Shown piece by piece: positions 18,914-28,386 of a stretch of 64,000 nucleotides of DNA. The position numbers and the translations under genes were made by a program. The stretch's first letter is position 1. Each line of letters starts with the position of its first letter. Under the pieces are notes generated by a model. The model saw only the letters and a program-made list of their open reading frames with translations, was not told where the DNA came from and ran no database searches. The stretch is from Patescibacteria group bacterium (GTDB taxonomy: Bacteria; Patescibacteriota; Patescibacteriia; UBA9570): positions 68,739 to 132,738 of the forward strand of contig JBAZWO010000002.1 of the NCBI GenBank assembly GCA_041660305.1. Reading direction: 5' to 3'.

Positions 18914-20176
18914 ATGCCAAAACAATACGACATCAAAGACATAAAATTAGCCGACAAAGGCAAGCAACGCATTGAGTGGGCCGATCACGATATGCCGGTT
19001 TTACAAATCATTAAAGACCGGTTTAAAAAACAACAGCCATTAAAAGGTTATAAAATGGCCGCTTGTTTACATGTTACCGCTGAAACGGCGAATTTAATGC
19101 GCACGTTAAAAGCCGGTGGTGCTGATTTAGTATTATGTGCGTCTAATCCGTTATCTACCCAAGATGATGTAGCGGCCGCGTTAGTAAAACATTATGATAT
19201 TCCAGTTTTTGCTATTACTGGTGCTGATAATAAAACATATTATCAGCATATTCGCAGCGCGATTGCTCATAAGCCAAATGTAACCATGGATGATGGTGCC
19301 GATTTAGTATCAGAAATCTTGAAAAATTATCCAGAACTGCATAATAAAGTAGTGGCTTCCATGGAAGAAACCACCACTGGCGTAATTCGTTTACGAGCCA
19401 TGGAACAAGATGGAATTTTAAAATTTCCGGTTGTGGCCGTTAATGATGCTCAATGTAAGCACTTTTTTGATAATCGTTATGGCACTGGTCAATCTACTAT
19501 CGACGGTATTATCCGCGCGACAGATGTATTGCTAGCTGGTAAAAATTTCGTAGTAGCCGGTTACGGCTGGTGTGGCCGTGGTTTAGCCGATCGGGCGCGC
19601 GGCATGGGCGCTAACGTAATTGTTACCGAAATCGATCCGGTACGTGCTTTAGAAGCAGTGATGGATGGATTTAGAGTAATGCCTATGCAGGAAGCTGCAA
19701 AAATTGGTGATATTTTTTGCACGGTAACTGGCAATATTAATGTGCTAGATGCCAAACATTTTAAAGTCATGAAAACCGGCGTGTTAATTTCCAATTCCGG
19801 GCACTTTAACGTGGAAATAAATTTAACAGCCTTAAAAAAATTGAGTAAATCTGTAAAACGCGTGCGCGAGTTTGTAGAAGCTTACACATTAAAATCTGGC
19901 CGAGTAGTGAACGTGTTAGGCGAAGGCAGGTTAATTAATTTAGCCGCCGCTGAAGGCCATCCGGCTTCAGTCATGGACATGAGTTTTGCGGTACAAGCTT
20001 CAACTACCGAATGGGCGATTAAGAACCAAAATAAATTACAGGCCAAAGTGTATAACGTACCGTCTAATATTGATGATATTGTGTCTCGTTTAAAATTAAA
20101 AGCCATGGGCGTAGCTTTAGAACAACTAACACCAGAACAAAAGAAGTACTTAGCTTCTTGGGAAATGGGCACTTGA
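18914..20176 (+). CDS. ahcY: Adenosylhomocysteinase
   Basis: 420 aa containing [18 protein letters not shown] and the NAD-binding [11 protein letters not shown]. Confidence 0.93.
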   Translation: MPKQYDIKDIKLADKGKQRIEWADHDMPVLQIIKDRFKKQQPLKGYKMAACLHVTAETANLMRTLKAGGADLVLCASNPLSTQDDVAAALVKHYDIPVFAITGADNKTYYQHIRSAIAHKPNVTMDDGADLVSEILKNYPELHNKVVASMEETTTGVIRLRAMEQDGILKFPVVAVNDAQCKHFFDNRYGTGQSTIDGIIRATDVLLAGKNFVVAGYGWCGRGLADRARGMGANVIVTEIDPVRALEAVMDGFRVMPMQEAAKIGDIFCTVTGNINVLDAKHFKVMKTGVLISNSGHFNVEINLTALKKLSKSVKRVREFVEAYTLKSGRVVNVLGEGRLINLAAAEGHPASVMDMSFAVQASTTEWAIKNQNKLQAKVYNVPSNIDDIVSRLKLKAMGVALEQLTPEQKKYLASWEMGT

Positions 20177-20181
20177 CGTAC

Positions 20182-20197
20182 ATACACCATGGTGTAT
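20182..20197. promoter_or_regulatory. Perfect 16-bp palindrome upstream of the RHH antitoxin gene (candidate operator)
   Basis: ATACACCATGGTGTAT lies 12 nt before the ATG at 20209. Confidence 0.4.
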
Positions 20198-20208
20198 ACT
20201 TATACTAT

Positions 20209-20460
20209 ATGATGCAGCGCACCCAAATTTACTTACCAACCAGTCAATTAAAACTATTACAAAAAATAGCTAATGTTCAATCTACTACCGTGTCTGAATT
20301 GGTTCGCGGTAGTATTAAACGCTGTTTTGTAAAACCTCAACCAATCCAACGACACGAATCTTTATTAGAAGCAGGTAAACGAATTAGTAGTATGTGGCAG
20401 GGTGGACCGTCCGACTTAGCTAGTAATCTAGATGAGTATTTGTATGGCGGTAAGCAATGA
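20209..20460 (+). CDS. Ribbon-helix-helix (CopG/VapB-like) antitoxin
   Basis: MMQRTQIYLPTSQLKLLQKIANVQSTTVSELVRGSI has a beta-strand then helix pattern typical of RHH proteins. It overlaps the following PIN gene. Confidence 0.6.
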   Translation: MMQRTQIYLPTSQLKLLQKIANVQSTTVSELVRGSIKRCFVKPQPIQRHESLLEAGKRISSMWQGGPSDLASNLDEYLYGGKQ

Positions 20461-20884
20461 TCGTTATTTCGCTGACGCAAATTATTTTGTAGCTTTATTT
20501 AATCCAACAGATGCTTCGCATGCAGCTGCTTTGGAGGTTGCTGAAGATGTGAATAATAGAGATATTCATTTAGTGATATCTAGTTTTATTTTTACTGAAA
20601 TTGTCACTGTTTTATCTTTAAGAGCCGGTCGAAAAGTAGGTATTGAAGCTGGTCGATGTTTGTTAAATGATAATAATATAGAAAACATCCATATTGATAA
20701 GTTTCTACAAGAACAAAGTTGGGAAATATTTCAAGCCACCGAACATAAAAATATAAGTTTTATAGATTGTAGTAGTGTAGCAATTATGCAAACAGAAAAT
20801 ATTTCTACTGCCTTAACCTTCGATACCACCGATTTCAAAAAACTACAAAAACAGTATCGGTTTTCATTGTATCCGATTGTTTAA
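20444..20884 (+). CDS. PIN-domain toxin (VapC-like)
   Basis: YFADANYFVALF (N-terminal Asp), FTEIVTVL, FIDCSS and TFDTTDF acidic positions. The start may be 20432 or 20444. Confidence 0.7.
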   Translation: MAVSNDRYFADANYFVALFNPTDASHAAALEVAEDVNNRDIHLVISSFIFTEIVTVLSLRAGRKVGIEAGRCLLNDNNIENIHIDKFLQEQSWEIFQATEHKNISFIDCSSVAIMQTENISTALTFDTTDFKKLQKQYRFSLYPIV

Positions 20885-20939
20885 AATTAAAAAATAGTAT
20901 ATAATTTTAGTACTTTTAACTAGTTTAATGTTTGTATTT

Positions 20940-21911
20940 ATGTTAGTACCCGGAAAATTATTATTAGAACACGCTTTAGCTAATCATTACGCGGTGGGCG
21001 CGTTCAATGCCAATAACATGGAGCAGGTGCAGGCCATTATGGATGCGGCTGCCGAAACGCAATCGCCAGTGTTTATTCAGGTATCACGTGGGGCTTTAAA
21101 ATATTCGCGCATGATATATTTACGTAATATTATTCAAGCGGCGGCTGAAGAGCATCCAGAAATACCATTAGTAATGCATCTGGATCACGGCAATAGTTTA
21201 GAAACCGTAAAGCAGGCGATTGCTTTGGGTTTTACTTCAGTAATGATCGATGGTTCACTTGATGAAACCGGTAAAATACCATTATCATTTGTGGATAACA
21301 TTAAAGTAACTAAAGCAGTATTGGATTACGCGCGTCCATTAGGAGTAAGTGTAGAAGCCGAGCTTGGCACCTTAGGCGGCATTGAAGACGGCGTTGGTTC
21401 CGGACAAGTGCATGTAACCGATCCAGCCCAAGTAGTGGAATTTATTAAGCAGGTACCAGTGGATTCTCTAGCTATTGCCATTGGCACCTCGCATGGTGCC
21501 TTTAAATTTAAAGAAAAGTGCACATTGGCATTAGATGTATTAAAAGACATTCATCAAAAAGTGCCAAACTTACCATTAGTGATGCATGGTTCATCTTCGG
21601 TGCCGGCAGAATTAGTCGCTCAAGTAAATAAATATGGTGGTAAAATGCCTAATGCCAGAGGTGTAGATATTGAACAACTAAAACAAACCCCACAATATGG
21701 TGTTACAAAAATTAATGTAGATACCGATGGTCGCATTGCCATTACCGCCGCCATTCGCAAATTTCTAGTTGAACATCCAGAAAAATTTGATCCACGAGAA
21801 TACATGACTCCAGCTCGTGATGCCTTGAAAGAGGTAGTTAAAGCCAGAATGATTGCTTTTGGGGCAGCGGGTCAGGCTAAATACCTCACCCCTAACCCCT
21901 CTCCTAAATAG
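20940..21911 (+). CDS. fba: Class II fructose-bisphosphate aldolase
   Basis: VMHLDHG and IGTSHGAFKF motifs. I prefer the ATG at 20940. The last codons (YLTPNPSPK*) are encoded by repeat R8. Confidence 0.9.
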   Translation: MLVPGKLLLEHALANHYAVGAFNANNMEQVQAIMDAAAETQSPVFIQVSRGALKYSRMIYLRNIIQAAAEEHPEIPLVMHLDHGNSLETVKQAIALGFTSVMIDGSLDETGKIPLSFVDNIKVTKAVLDYARPLGVSVEAELGTLGGIEDGVGSGQVHVTDPAQVVEFIKQVPVDSLAIAIGTSHGAFKFKEKCTLALDVLKDIHQKVPNLPLVMHGSSSVPAELVAQVNKYGGKMPNARGVDIEQLKQTPQYGVTKINVDTDGRIAITAAIRKFLVEHPEKFDPREYMTPARDALKEVVKARMIAFGAAGQAKYLTPNPSPK

Positions 21912-21919
21912 GAGAGGGG
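21882..21919. repeat. Half-copy of the G/C-run palindromic element (R8), overlapping the fba 3' end
   Basis: TACCTCACCCCTAACCCCTCTCCTAAATAGGAGAGGGG has the left outer arm and inner hairpin only. The fba stop TAG sits in the hairpin loop. Confidence 0.8.
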
Positions 21920-21940
21920 AAAAATGTAATATAAAAAATT

Positions 21941-22582
21941 ATGAATATTAAAAAACATCAATCTACAATTATATTAATTAGTACCGTTATTTTGGTAATA
22001 GCTGGTATTGCCGGTTTAATTATATGGTCGGTTAAACAGGGGAATAGTGTTAACGGTATTGTAAATCCAAACGATCCGGTATTAGGTAAAGATACGGCCA
22101 AAGTAAAAATAGTAGAGTATTCCGATTTTCAATGTCCGGCGTGTATGAAAATGTATAATTTTTTGAAACAGGCCGAAACGGAATTTGGCGATGATTTATC
22201 TATTCAATTTAAAGATTTTCCATTAACTTCATTGCATCCTAATGCCATGATTTCAGCCGAAGCCGCCCAGTGCGCTTTTCAGCAAAACAAATTTTGGGAA
22301 TATTACAACACACTCTATGATCGTCAAACTACTTGGTCACCAGAACGCGATCCAAGTAACTTATTAAAGAATTATGCTCAAGAACTTGGTTTAAATACAG
22401 CACAGTTTAATCAGTGTTTAGATAATCACGAACAACAAGCTACGGTAAAAGCCGATATGAAAATAGCTACTGATTTAGGCATTAATCAAACACCAACTTT
22501 ATATATTAATGACAAAGAATATAGCGGCGTAAGTACGTATGAGAGTTTAGCCAAGGAGATTAAGGCGCAGTTGGAAAAATAG
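21941..22582 (+). CDS. Membrane-anchored DsbA/thioredoxin-fold thiol:disulfide oxidoreductase
   Basis: N-terminal TM helix (IILISTVILVIAGIAGLIIW) and the active-site motif FQCPAC. Confidence 0.7.
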   Translation: MNIKKHQSTIILISTVILVIAGIAGLIIWSVKQGNSVNGIVNPNDPVLGKDTAKVKIVEYSDFQCPACMKMYNFLKQAETEFGDDLSIQFKDFPLTSLHPNAMISAEAAQCAFQQNKFWEYYNTLYDRQTTWSPERDPSNLLKNYAQELGLNTAQFNQCLDNHEQQATVKADMKIATDLGINQTPTLYINDKEYSGVSTYESLAKEIKAQLEK

Positions 22583-22630
22583 TCAATTAGTGATATAGTA
22601 TTATAGCTTTTTATTATTAACGGTATTTTT

Positions 22631-22972
22631 ATGAATCTACAAATATCAGGTAAAAATTTGGAATTAACCGCGGCGTTAAGAGAATATATTGAAAAAAAAA
22701 TGGCTTCGTTAAGTAAATATAACGAGCATATCATGGATGGAAAAGTTACCTTAGAACCAGCCCGCGAGGGTCATGCCGAAGCGTTTCGCGTTACGGCTCG
22801 TTTGCATTTACAACACGATGATGTATTTACCGAAGAAACTAGAGTTAATGCTTATGAAGCGATTGATGTGGTGCATAATGAACTAGAGCGGCAATTACAC
22901 GATGTAAAATCTAAATACGAAGCCTTGCAGCGTAAAGCGGGTGTTACGAAACGAAATTTAAAATCAATATGA
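22631..22972 (+). CDS. hpf: Ribosome hibernation promoting factor (HPF/RaiA family)
   Basis: MNLQISGKNLELTAALREYIEKKMASLSKY is a typical HPF N-terminus. 113 aa. Confidence 0.85.
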   Translation: MNLQISGKNLELTAALREYIEKKMASLSKYNEHIMDGKVTLEPAREGHAEAFRVTARLHLQHDDVFTEETRVNAYEAIDVVHNELERQLHDVKSKYEALQRKAGVTKRNLKSI

Positions 22973-25668
22973 ACTGGTTTAGTAATATTTTCGGTGATTT
23001 TAGCGCGCAAGAAATCAAAAAAATCAAACCAATTGTGGAGCAGATTAATGCTCTAGAACCACAGTGGCAGAAATTAACCGATGAACAGTTAAAACACAAA
23101 ACGGTTGAGTTTAAAGACCAATTACAAAACGGCCAAACGCTTGATGATATTTTACTAGAAGCGTTTGCCACAGTGCGCGAAGCTTCGCGTCGGGTGTTAG
23201 GTCAGCGGCATTTTGATGTACAGCTGATGGGCGGTGTGGTATTACATCAGGGCAGAATAGCGGAAATGAGAACCGGCGAAGGGAAAACTTTAACCGCTAC
23301 CTTACCGGTTTATTTAAACGCTTTAACTGGCAAAGGCGTACATGTAGTTACGGTGAATGATTATTTAGCTCGGCGTGATGTGGATTGGATGGGTAGATTA
23401 TATTATTGGCTTGGCTTAACAGTTGGTTGTATTCAAAACCAATTAGTTACTTATATTTTTGAGCCAGATTATCAAAATGCCAAGACGCAAGATATTGCGT
23501 CTGCTACGGCGGCAGCATCGTTCAAAATAGATATGGCCAATTTGCGGCCAGTAGAGCGTCGCGCTGCGTATCAAACCGACATTGTCTACGGCACCAATAA
23601 CGAATTTGGTTTCGATTATTTGCGTGATAACATGGTGCAAGAAGGTACTCAACGCACGCAACGCGGTTTACATTACGGCATCGTAGACGAAGTAGATAGT
23701 ATTTTAATCGACGAAGCCAGAACGCCATTAATTATCTCGGGTCAGGCCGAAGCGGCTACCGATCAATATTATCGTTTCGCGCAATTAGTGGCGCGTTTAC
23801 AAGCCAATACCGATTATAACATCGATGAAAAAATGCGCGCGGCTACGCTTACGGAAGAGGGCATTGTAAAGATGGAAAACTGGCTAGGCTTAAAAAATAT
23901 TTATGAAGCCGGCGGCGTTACAATTGTGCATCACATTGAGCAGGCGTTAAAAGCGTACACGTTATTTAAACGTGATAAAGATTATGTGGTAAAAGACGGT
24001 GAAGTAATTATTGTGGATGAATTTACCGGCCGGATGTTACCGGGCAGGCGTTACAGTGAAGGCTTGCATCAAGCCATTGAAGCTAAAGAGAATTTAGAAA
24101 TTAAGCATGAATCCAGAACGTTAGCTACTATTACGTTTCAAAATTTATTTCGGTTGTATGCTAAATTAGCGGGCATGACCGGTACCGCTGAAACGGAAAA
24201 AGAGGAATTTTATAAAATTTATAAATTAGATGTAGTAGTCGTGCCAACGCATCGGGTTATGATTCGTAAAGATGCGCCAGATTCTGTGTATCGCACGGAA
24301 CAGGGTAAGTATCAAGCGGTAGTTGAAAAAATAAAAGAATTTCACACTAAAGGCAATCCCATATTAGTAGGTACTATTTCCATTGCAAAAAATGAATTGC
24401 TAGCTGGCTTATTAGAGCGAGCCGGTATTCCACACCAAGTATTAAACGCTAAACAGCATGAACGTGAAGCGGAAATTATTGCTCAAGCCGGTAAAAAAGG
24501 TGCGGTTACGATTGCCACCAACATGGCCGGTAGAGGCGTAGATATTATTTTAGGGGGAAATCCACCTGATGCCAAAGAAGCCGATGAGGTGCGCGCGTTA
24601 GGCGGTTTAGTAGTATTTGGTACCGAGCGGCATGAAGCACGCCGGATTGATAATCAGTTACGCGGCCGATCCGGTCGGCAAGGCGATCCTGGTTGGTCAC
24701 AGTTTTTTGTGTCTATGGAAGATGATTTAATGCGTATTTTCGCTACCGATCGAGTAAAAAGCATTATGAAAGCATTAAATTGGCCGGAAGACATGCCTAT
24801 AGAAAATAAAATTGTCAGCCGCTCCATTGAAACTGCGCAAAAGCGTGTGGAAGGACACAATTTTGATATTCGCGAACACATTGTAAAATACGACGATGTG
24901 ATGAATCGTCATCGCGAAATTATTTATAAAAAACGTAACGAAATATTAGCAGCCGAACCAGAACAAGTGCGTAAGATTATCTTAGAATTAGTGGAAGCTG
25001 AAATTGAACATGTAGTATCGTTTCATACGAATATCGATAACGAGCAACAGTGGAATATTAAAGAAATTTACGAAACATTAAATTCCATTTTTCCAGTAGT
25101 CGAAGCCGAACGCAAAGCCTTGGCCGATTTGCAAACCACAGCCGGTGATCGTTTGCAAGACGCACGTGCTCGCACAGCCATAGTAGAGTATCTCATTACT
25201 TTAGCTAAACAGCGCTACGATACGATGATTAAAAAAGTAGATAACGCCACTTTGGTATTTCAAGTAGAAAAAGGGTTTTATTTACGGGCTATCGATACGT
25301 TATGGATGGAACATCTCGATCAAATGGCGTATTTACGCGATGGCATTGGTTTACGTGGTTACGGCCAACGTGATCCGTTAGTGGAATACAAGCGCGAGGC
25401 TTACGGTATGTTCACGGAATTAATTGCTAATATTCAAAAACAAGTAGTGTACAATATCTACAAAATGGCCGATGTGTACGCCATTGCGCCTACTGCCTTA
25501 AAACGTACTGCGCCCCAACAACAATTACACGGCGCCAAAAAAGATAACACCACCGAACCAGCCGTGTTATCTACCAAAGACCGCTCCGCCGACGGCACCA
25601 AAATCGGCCGCAACGATCCCTGCCATTGCGGATCGGGGAAAAAGTATAAGAAGTGTCATGGGAAGTAA
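22969..25668 (+). CDS. secA: Preprotein translocase ATPase SecA
   Basis: MRTGEGKTL (Walker A), VDEVDSILIDEARTPLIISG, and the C-terminal zinc motif CHCGSGKKYKKCHGK. Confidence 0.97.
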   Translation: MNWFSNIFGDFSAQEIKKIKPIVEQINALEPQWQKLTDEQLKHKTVEFKDQLQNGQTLDDILLEAFATVREASRRVLGQRHFDVQLMGGVVLHQGRIAEMRTGEGKTLTATLPVYLNALTGKGVHVVTVNDYLARRDVDWMGRLYYWLGLTVGCIQNQLVTYIFEPDYQNAKTQDIASATAAASFKIDMANLRPVERRAAYQTDIVYGTNNEFGFDYLRDNMVQEGTQRTQRGLHYGIVDEVDSILIDEARTPLIISGQAEAATDQYYRFAQLVARLQANTDYNIDEKMRAATLTEEGIVKMENWLGLKNIYEAGGVTIVHHIEQALKAYTLFKRDKDYVVKDGEVIIVDEFTGRMLPGRRYSEGLHQAIEAKENLEIKHESRTLATITFQNLFRLYAKLAGMTGTAETEKEEFYKIYKLDVVVVPTHRVMIRKDAPDSVYRTEQGKYQAVVEKIKEFHTKGNPILVGTISIAKNELLAGLLERAGIPHQVLNAKQHEREAEIIAQAGKKGAVTIATNMAGRGVDIILGGNPPDAKEADEVRALGGLVVFGTERHEARRIDNQLRGRSGRQGDPGWSQFFVSMEDDLMRIFATDRVKSIMKALNWPEDMPIENKIVSRSIETAQKRVEGHNFDIREHIVKYDDVMNRHREIIYKKRNEILAAEPEQVRKIILELVEAEIEHVVSFHTNIDNEQQWNIKEIYETLNSIFPVVEAERKALADLQTTAGDRLQDARARTAIVEYLITLAKQRYDTMIKKVDNATLVFQVEKGFYLRAIDTLWMEHLDQMAYLRDGIGLRGYGQRDPLVEYKREAYGMFTELIANIQKQVVYNIYKMADVYAIAPTALKRTAPQQQLHGAKKDNTTEPAVLSTKDRSADGTKIGRNDPCHCGSGKKYKKCHGK

Positions 25669-25738
25669 AGCATAGAATCACAGATTACACTGATGAAATG
25701 CTGATGACACAGATAAATACCAGGTAAATTTATTTAAA
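25648..25738 (+). repeat. Direct repeat, copy A (includes the last 7 codons and stop of secA)
   Basis: The 91-bp segment AAGAAGTGTCATGGGAAGTAA...CCAGGTAAATTTATTTAAA recurs at 26694..26784 with 6 mismatches. Confidence 0.9.
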
Positions 25739-25777
25739 CAACACTTCAAGAAGTATCATGGAAAACAAAAGCTTATT

Positions 25778-26086
25778 ATGAAGTACAAAATATTTTGGGC
25801 AATTTTTGCTACTATATTATTAATAGAATCAATTATCATTAGTTGTTATTTTGTTGATAATGATTTAAAAAAAACTACTCTTATGGAACGTAATATAGTG
25901 TTAATGGAAACTACACAACAGAAGAATGATCAAATTGAAGAAATGAGAAAACAATGCAGTAATGAGTTAATGGATGCGTTCAAAAAAATTACCAATACTT
26001 CTGATAGTCATTGGGATTCTGACGAAATGCAAACTATTCCAGTGTTTTATAAAATGTGTCTATGGAAAAAAGGTTTAGCAGAATAA
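25778..26086 (+). CDS. Hypothetical small membrane protein
   Basis: 102 aa with one N-terminal hydrophobic helix (IFWAIFATILLIESIIISCYF). No motif recognised. Lies in an AT-rich insert. Confidence 0.4.
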   Translation: MKYKIFWAIFATILLIESIIISCYFVDNDLKKTTLMERNIVLMETTQQKNDQIEEMRKQCSNELMDAFKKITNTSDSHWDSDEMQTIPVFYKMCLWKKGLAE

Positions 26087-26106
26087 TATATAATAAACAA
26101 ACAAAA

Positions 26107-26133
26107 AACAGCAATTAATTAATCGTTGCTGTT
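26107..26133. terminator. Stem-loop between convergent genes
   Basis: AACAGCAA-N11-TTGCTGTT, flanked by A-run and T-rich sequence. Confidence 0.45.
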
Positions 26134-26166
26134 CTTTGTTATGGTGTTATTTATAATTTTTTATAG

Positions 26167-26574
26167 TTATTCTTCTATCTGTGTTTTTATCATTTTCCAA
26201 CCGTCAGTGCATTTTTTAGAAACATCATCATAACCAGTTGCAACATGGTCTGATAGTTCATAGCCAACCTTTTCAATATAAGGTGTAGCAATATTATCTA
26301 CAAAACGTTCAACATCAGTAAGATTTAATTTTGTATCATCGTATACTATTCTTAATAGAAAATTTCCATCTTGTTCTTGAGTAATAAATATTTCATTTAT
26401 TTCTTGAGGAGAAACTTCATATAATTGTCGTACTAATTCAGACTGACCTTCAAACAATTCATTTTTTGCATCAAGGCTTTCAGTCTGGGTAGCAGTGCCT
26501 GTTTCTAATGATTTTTTGAAAGCATTTACTTTTTTTATATCTCTTGGTCTTAATAATTCTTCCATTCTAGGCAT
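26167..26574 (-). CDS. Hypothetical protein
   Basis: 135 aa, acidic, no motif recognised. Inside the repeat-bounded insert. Confidence 0.45.
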   Translation of the reverse strand: MPRMEELLRPRDIKKVNAFKKSLETGTATQTESLDAKNELFEGQSELVRQLYEVSPQEINEIFITQEQDGNFLLRIVYDDTKLNLTDVERFVDNIATPYIEKVGYELSDHVATGYDDVSKKCTDGWKMIKTQIEE

Positions 26575-26693
26575 AATAGTAAAATTAATTATTTGTTAGT
26601 ATATAAATTGTAGTCTAAAATTAGCTATTTGTCAACCAAACATAAAAATAAATGTGTAAACTATTTAAATTCTTCCCATTTAAATAGCACTTC

Positions 26694-26784
26694 AAGAAGT
26701 GTCATGGGAAGTAGAATATAGAATCACAGATTACACTGATGTGATACTGATGACACAGATAAATACCAGGTAAATTTATTTAAA
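26694..26784 (+). repeat. Direct repeat, copy B (orphan copy of the secA 3' end)
   Basis: 85 of 91 bases are identical to 25648..25738. It re-encodes KKCHGK*. Confidence 0.9.
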
Positions 26785-27211
26785 GTTATACCGATGAAGG
26801 TGGGAAATGGTCAGTGACTGCCGATGAAAATGGACAGCATGTAAATACTACTGAATAAATCAGCGTTATCCTTAGTGAACGACCGTTATTGACAAAACGG
26901 CTATTTTAGACTATGGTGGCACCACACAGATAAGGAAATTAGCTTCTCTATAGCTTATCCCAGCTACCATGTTTATAACAACAATAACAAGCAGTTGTAA
27001 ATAAAGTAGTTGGGTATAGCTTATAGAAGCTATACCGAGAGTGGGTTTCGAGTGGGATACTAACTCGAAATAAAGTTGACGGATCAATCTATCGATTCGT
27101 CAAAAGTTGCAGGATCAATCTATCGATCCCCCAATACCACAATCTCCTTATCTGTTTTTCTTTTGTATAAATTTATCCATTAAAATAGCACTTCAAGTAG
27201 CGCCAAGAAGC

Positions 27212-27240
27212 TTGACATTCGTCTAAGAATCGTCTAAAAT
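27212..27240 (+). promoter_or_regulatory. Sigma-70-like promoter of the fic gene
   Basis: TTGACA (27212..27217), a 17-nt spacer, then TAAAAT (27235..27240). CGTCTA occurs three times at an 11-nt period (27220, 27231, 27242). Confidence 0.5.
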
Positions 27241-27261
27241 ACGTCTATAAATTATAGATGT

Positions 27262-28293
27262 ATGTTTGAACCAAAATACACAATTACTAATAAATTGTTG
27301 GCTAATGTTAAACAAATTGGCCAAATTGTTAGTGGTTTAAACGAGCGGCGTTTTCCGCAAGTTGTGTTGTTTGAAATGGAGCGTATAGCGCGTGAGGTTT
27401 CGGCGCATGCTTCAACGAGCATAGAAGGCAATCCTTTACCGTTAACGGACGTAAAGCGTTTGTTGAAACAATCTCCGGCACATATTCGTGACACTGAGCG
27501 GGAAGTGCTAAATTATAACGAAGCCTTATTAGCTTTAAAAAAACAAGTTGATGCCGGAGTGAAAAATTTAGAAAAAGATCATATTCTATTCATTCATCGT
27601 TTAGTGACAAAAAATTTATTAGCCAATTTCAACTCTGGTTTTTTGCGCACTGCGCCGGTATTTGTAAATGATCCAAAATTAAAACAAACGGTTTATTGGC
27701 CACCAGATGCAGTGGACGTGCCAACCTTACTTAATGATTTATTACTGTTTGCAAATACTCAAAAAAATAATATCGATGCTTTGTTATTAGCTGGAATTTT
27801 TCACAAACAATTTGTGTTGATTCACCCGTTTATGGACGGTAATGGCAGAACGGTACGTTTAGCCACCAAGTTATTGTTAGCCGGTTTGGGTTTGGACACA
27901 TTTCATTTGTTTAGTTTCGAACGATATTATAACGCGAATGTTACCAAATATTTTGCTACAGTCGGTGAGCGAGGTAATTATTATGATTTAGCAGTGGATT
28001 TTACCGTTTGGTTAGAATATTTTACCGATGGTATTATTGATGAATTATTACGGGTAAAAGGGGAATTAGAAAAATTTTCACAGGCGCCGGCGGCGGGCTT
28101 AAAAGATTATCATCATTTGATTTTAAATTATTTACATGAGCACGGTTCTATCAATGATGCTATTTATACTACATTAGTATCGCGTGCCAAACCAACGCGA
28201 GCACTAGATTTTCGTTATTTACTAGACCAAGGCTTAATTGAAAGACATAATAAAGGCAAGGCCAGTTATTATTGTTTGAAAGAAGCAAAATGA
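27262..28293 (+). CDS. Fic/DOC-family protein (AMPylase-type) with a C-terminal winged-helix-like region
   Basis: Contains the canonical Fic motif HPFMDGNGRTVR. Confidence 0.85.
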   Translation: MFEPKYTITNKLLANVKQIGQIVSGLNERRFPQVVLFEMERIAREVSAHASTSIEGNPLPLTDVKRLLKQSPAHIRDTEREVLNYNEALLALKKQVDAGVKNLEKDHILFIHRLVTKNLLANFNSGFLRTAPVFVNDPKLKQTVYWPPDAVDVPTLLNDLLLFANTQKNNIDALLLAGIFHKQFVLIHPFMDGNGRTVRLATKLLLAGLGLDTFHLFSFERYYNANVTKYFATVGERGNYYDLAVDFTVWLEYFTDGIIDELLRVKGELEKFSQAPAAGLKDYHHLILNYLHEHGSINDAIYTTLVSRAKPTRALDFRYLLDQGLIERHNKGKASYYCLKEAK

Positions 28294-28386
28294 TGCTATG
28301 GTGTTTTTATATAGTAATCATCTTTAAAACCTGCTATAATACCATTAGCTAATATTATTAAATAAGCTTTTAAATTTTAAATATAT

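Noticed and set aside
26788-26859. Short frame encoding YTDEGGKWSVTADENGQHVNTTE* just after direct-repeat copy B, possibly a gene remnant
   Set aside because: It is only ~24 codons, preceded by an in-frame stop, with no recognisable similarity. It cannot be distinguished from chance.
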